A stretch of DNA of 64,000 nt from Pristiophorus japonicus (taxonomy: Eukaryota), in the NCBI RefSeq assembly GCF_044704955.1, contig NC_091980.1, positions 128,340,001 to 128,404,000 of the forward strand, given 5' to 3'. The notes under the pieces are model-generated. The model ran no database searches. It saw only the letters and a list, made by a program, of their open reading frames with translations, and was not told the origin of the DNA. Positions 60,376 to 64,000 of the stretch are shown here, one piece after another (position 1 is the first letter of the stretch; each line of letters begins with the position of its first letter). Position numbers and translations under genes: made by a program.

Positions 60376-61648
60376 GGGCCCAATTTTGACAATGATTTGC
60401 ATCAATTTTTTTGGAGTAAGTTTTTTCTGGCGTAAGTTAAAACATGCCATTTTCCCCCCAAAATTTGCTCCAGAGTAAGTCAGTTAGGTGCGATTTTTTT
60501 GAGTTCAGTTTTTTTTTCTAAAGTTGGTGTTCCCAGACACTTACACCATTTATTCCACTTTGGCCAGCAAAAACTTACTCCAAATCGACTTCGGTCAGCA
60601 TATGTGGCCAGCTCTGAAAAACATTGCGGGCAGTTAAGAAATCGGCGCAGGTTAGTACATTTAAAGCACCAAGACTTACAAAGCACTAAACAAATCACAA
60701 AAAGTAATAAGCAATCAATCAACAAGAAATTTTTATGCCTTTATGACAGAATCAAGTTTTTTTTAAAGTCCACCCCGCCCTCATCAAAACACTCTTTCTT
60801 CTCCCCCCCGCCATCTAAACACTCTTTCTCCACCCCCGCCCACCCCCCCATCAAAACACTCTTTCTCCCTTTCTGCGCCCCGATCAAAACACTCTTTCTC
60901 TTCCCTCCCCCATCAAAACACTCTTACTCCCTTTCTGCGCCCCGATCACAACACTCTTTCTCTCCCCTCCCCCATCAAAACACTCTTTCTCCCTTTCTGC
61001 GCCCCTATCAAAACACTCTTTCTCTCCCCACCTCCCACCTCCCCCATCTCCCCCACCTCCCACATCAAAATCCTCTTTCTCTCCGCCCCCCCCATCAAAA
61101 CACTCTTTCTCCCCCACAGCCCCGCATCAAAACACGCTTTCTCCCCCTGCCCCCAAACGTTCTTTCTCCGCCCCCCCCCGCCAAAAAAACTCTCCTCCTC
61201 TTCCCCCTCCCACCAATCAAAACTCTCAAGCACAACTATCAATAAATAAAAAATAAAACCAAGTCCTACCTCGCCCGCGAACAAAGCGGGCCGGCCGGCC
61301 GGTGTGGGAGGCCACTCGGCCGGGGATAGGGTGCGACGAGATCAGGCCGTCCCTTTGGCCGGGGATAGGGGCTGCGAACATCAGGTCCAGCTCACAGCCA
61401 GCAGGACACGCTGGGAGGGCAGGAGCATGCGTGCAGACTTCAGTGCGCATGCGCGCAGCTGCCGGCAATGCTTTCTGCGCTGGCCTGTTGGTCCGCCCCC
61501 CACTGCACAATGCACGCCACGCTGGGACTCCGGGGACTCGGAAGAGCGGCCAGGATGGGGCAAATTTTTTCCGGCGCCGTTTCCAGCGTGCAAAGTCGCC
61601 GCATTTAAGGTAAGTGTGCCAAAAAACGGGTTGGGTAAAATTGAGTCC
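60376..61648. mobile_element. Non-autonomous TIR DNA transposon (PIF/Harbinger-like, 3-bp TSD)
   Basis: Ends GGGCCCAATTTT and AAAATTGAGTCC; flanks TGT/TAT; the empty site GGTTATGTT is visible in the paralogous unit at ~31196-31204. Confidence 0.7.
60770..61230. repeat. C-rich minisatellite (core CCCCATCAAAACACTCTTTCT)
   Basis: More than 10 imperfect copies of the core, inside the TIR element. Confidence 0.88.
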
Positions 61649-61649
61649 T

Positions 61650-63525
61650 ATGTTACTGGACTAATAATCCAGAGACCTGGACTAATGTTTAATCCCACCA
61701 CAGCAGCTGCGGAATTTAAATTCAATTAATTAAATAAAAATCTGGAATAAAAAGCTGGTATCAGTAATGTTGACCAGGGAGCTATCGGATTTTCATAAAA
61801 TCCCATCTGGTTCACTAATGTCCTTTAGGGAAGGAAATCTGCCACCCTTCCCCGGTCTGGCCTGTATATGACTCCAAACCCACAGCAATGTGGTTGATTC
61901 TTAATTGCCCTCTGAAATGGCCTAGCAAGCCACTCAGTTTTTACAAACCGCTATGAGAAACAATAATAAGAATAAAACAGGACGAGCACCTGGCATCGAC
62001 CACGGTACACCCAGCCCAGTCGATCCTGCAAAGTCCTCCTCACTACTGTCTGGCGAATTGTGTCAAAATTGGGAGAGCTGTCCTACAGACTAGTCAAGCA
62101 ACAGCCTGACATAGTCATACTCACAGTATCATACATTTCAGCCAATGTCCCAGATACCTCCATCACCATCCCTGGGTATGTCCTGTCCCACTATCAGGGC
62201 AGAAACACCAGAGGTTGTGGTAAAGTGGTATACAATCGGTAAGGAGTTGCCCTGGGAGTCCTCAACATTGACTCTATATCGCATGAAGTCTCATGGGTTC
62301 AGATCAAGCATGAGCATAGCTGAGAGACATAGCTGCCAGATTGGGCCTGCGACAGGTGGTGAGAGAACCAACAGAAGGTAAAAAGCTATTTGAACTTGTC
62401 TTCCTCAATCTACCTGTCGCAGATGCACCTGTCCATTACAGCATTGGTAGTGGTGACCACCAGACTGTTCTTATGGAGATGAAGTCCGGTCTTGACACTG
62501 AGGACACTCCCCATCTTGCTGTGTGGCACTACCTCCGTGCTAAATGGAATCAATTCTGAACAGATCTAGCATCTCAAAACTGGGCATCCAGGAGGTGCTG
62601 TGGGCCATCAGCAGCCGCAGAATTGTATTCCACCACAATCTGTAACCTTATGGTCGGCATATCGTTCACTCATTACCACCAAGGCAAGGGACCAAACCTG
62701 GTTCAAGGAGGAGTGCAGAAGAGATTGCCAGGAACAACACCAGTGGTACCTAAATAGAGGTGCCAATCTGGGGAAGTTGCAACACAGGAATATATGCATG
62801 CTAAACAACAGAAGCAGCATGCTATAGACAGAGCTAAACAATCCCACAATCAATGGCTCAAATCAAAACTCTGCAGTCCTGCCACATCCAGTCGTGAATA
62901 TTGATGGACCATTAAACAACTAACGGGAGGAGGAGGCTCCATGGATATCACTGTCCTCAATGATGGAGGAGCCCAGCTCGTCAGTGCAAAAGACAAGGCT
63001 GAAGCGTTTGCAATCATCATCAGCCAGAATTGCCTCATGGATGATCCATCTCAGCCTCCTGCTGTGGTCCCCACCATCATCGAGGTCAGTCTACAGCCAA
63101 TTCAATTCACGTCACGTGATATCAAGAAATGGCTGAGTGCACTGGAGATAGAAAAGATTATGGGCTGCGACAACATTCCGGTTGTCGTGCTGAAGACTTG
63201 TGTTCCAGAACTAGCCGTGCCTCGAGCCAAGCTGTTCCAGTACAGCTACAACACTGGCATTTACCCGACTAAGTGGAAAACTGCCCAGGTATGTCCTGTC
63301 CACAAAAATCAGGACAAAGCAAATTCGGCCAAATACTTCCCCGATCAGTCTGCTCCCAATTATCAGCAAAGTGATGTAAGGTATCATCAATTGTGCTAAC
63401 AAAGTGTTACTTACTCACCAATAACCCGATCACTGATGCTCATTTGGGTTCTGCCAGGACCACTCAGCTCCAGACCTCATTACAGCATTGGTCCAAACAT
63501 GGACAAAAGAGCTAAATTCCAGGGA
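61650..63525 (+). mobile_element. Paralog of the tRNA-head LINE at 31192-34220 (truncated); CR1 3' fragment (-) at ~63530-63720 and another LINE piece to 64000
   Basis: KLGELSYRLVKQQPDIVILT and DNIPVVVLKTCVPEL; colinear with 31200-33055. Confidence 0.8.
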
Positions 63526-64000
63526 GAAGCCATTCGGCCCATCGAATCGTGTCAGCTCATTCAACTATTGAATCTGTTTCCACCACCCTATCAGGCAGAG
63601 CATTCCAAATCCTAATCACTCGTTGAGTTAAAAAATGTTTCTTCATGTCGCCTCTGGTTCTTTTGCGAATCACCTTAATTCTGTGCCCTCTAATAATTGA
63701 CCCTTCAGCTATTGGAAATAGTTTCTGCTGATTGACAGAGCTAAGTGATCCCACAATCAACAGATCAGATCAAAGCTTTGCAGTCCTGCCACATCCAGTC
63801 ATGAATGATGGTGGATAATTAAATAACTAACTGGAGGAAGAAGCTTCATTAATATCCCCATCCTCAATGATGGCGGAGCCCAGCACACGAGTGCAAAAGC
63901 CAAGCCTGAAGCACTTGCGACGACCTTCAGCCGGAAGTGCCTCATGAATGATCCATTTCAGCCTCCTGCTGATGTCCCCACCATCACAGAAGCCAATCTT

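Noticed and set aside
60770-61230. Repeat-spacer-like pattern resembling CRISPR
   Set aside because: Spacers are low-complexity C tracts, there are no cas genes and the context is eukaryotic.
60499-61245. 248-aa Pro-rich ORF
   Set aside because: Read-through of a C-rich minisatellite inside a TIR element.

Overview
Eukaryotic, repeat-rich vertebrate DNA. The repeat repertoire (CR1, RTE, Tx1, Deu-domain and tRNA-head SINEs, Gypsy) suggests a cartilaginous fish; this is an inference. The only host genes I can support form a cluster of four paralogous 4-exon ferritin (H/M-type) genes. Three have intact 176-aa ORFs on the minus strand (28059-30411, 38186-40357, 57729-59606) and one is a pseudogene on the plus strand (17509-~19835). 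All four share a compact CCAAT/TATA promoter and an upstream Tx1 3' remnant. Where vertebrate ferritins carry the iron-responsive element (IRE), all four carry a degenerate IRE-like relic (CAAAG/CAAAT instead of CAGTG), so the array may have escaped IRP translational control. The left ~20 kb is an inverted duplicate of the right part of the window, and the pseudogene is a copy3/copy2 hybrid. The rest is nested retroelements, including a young Tx1 element flanked by a ~1045-bp direct duplication and an RTE insertion with twin-priming geometry. All alignments and identity values were judged by eye.
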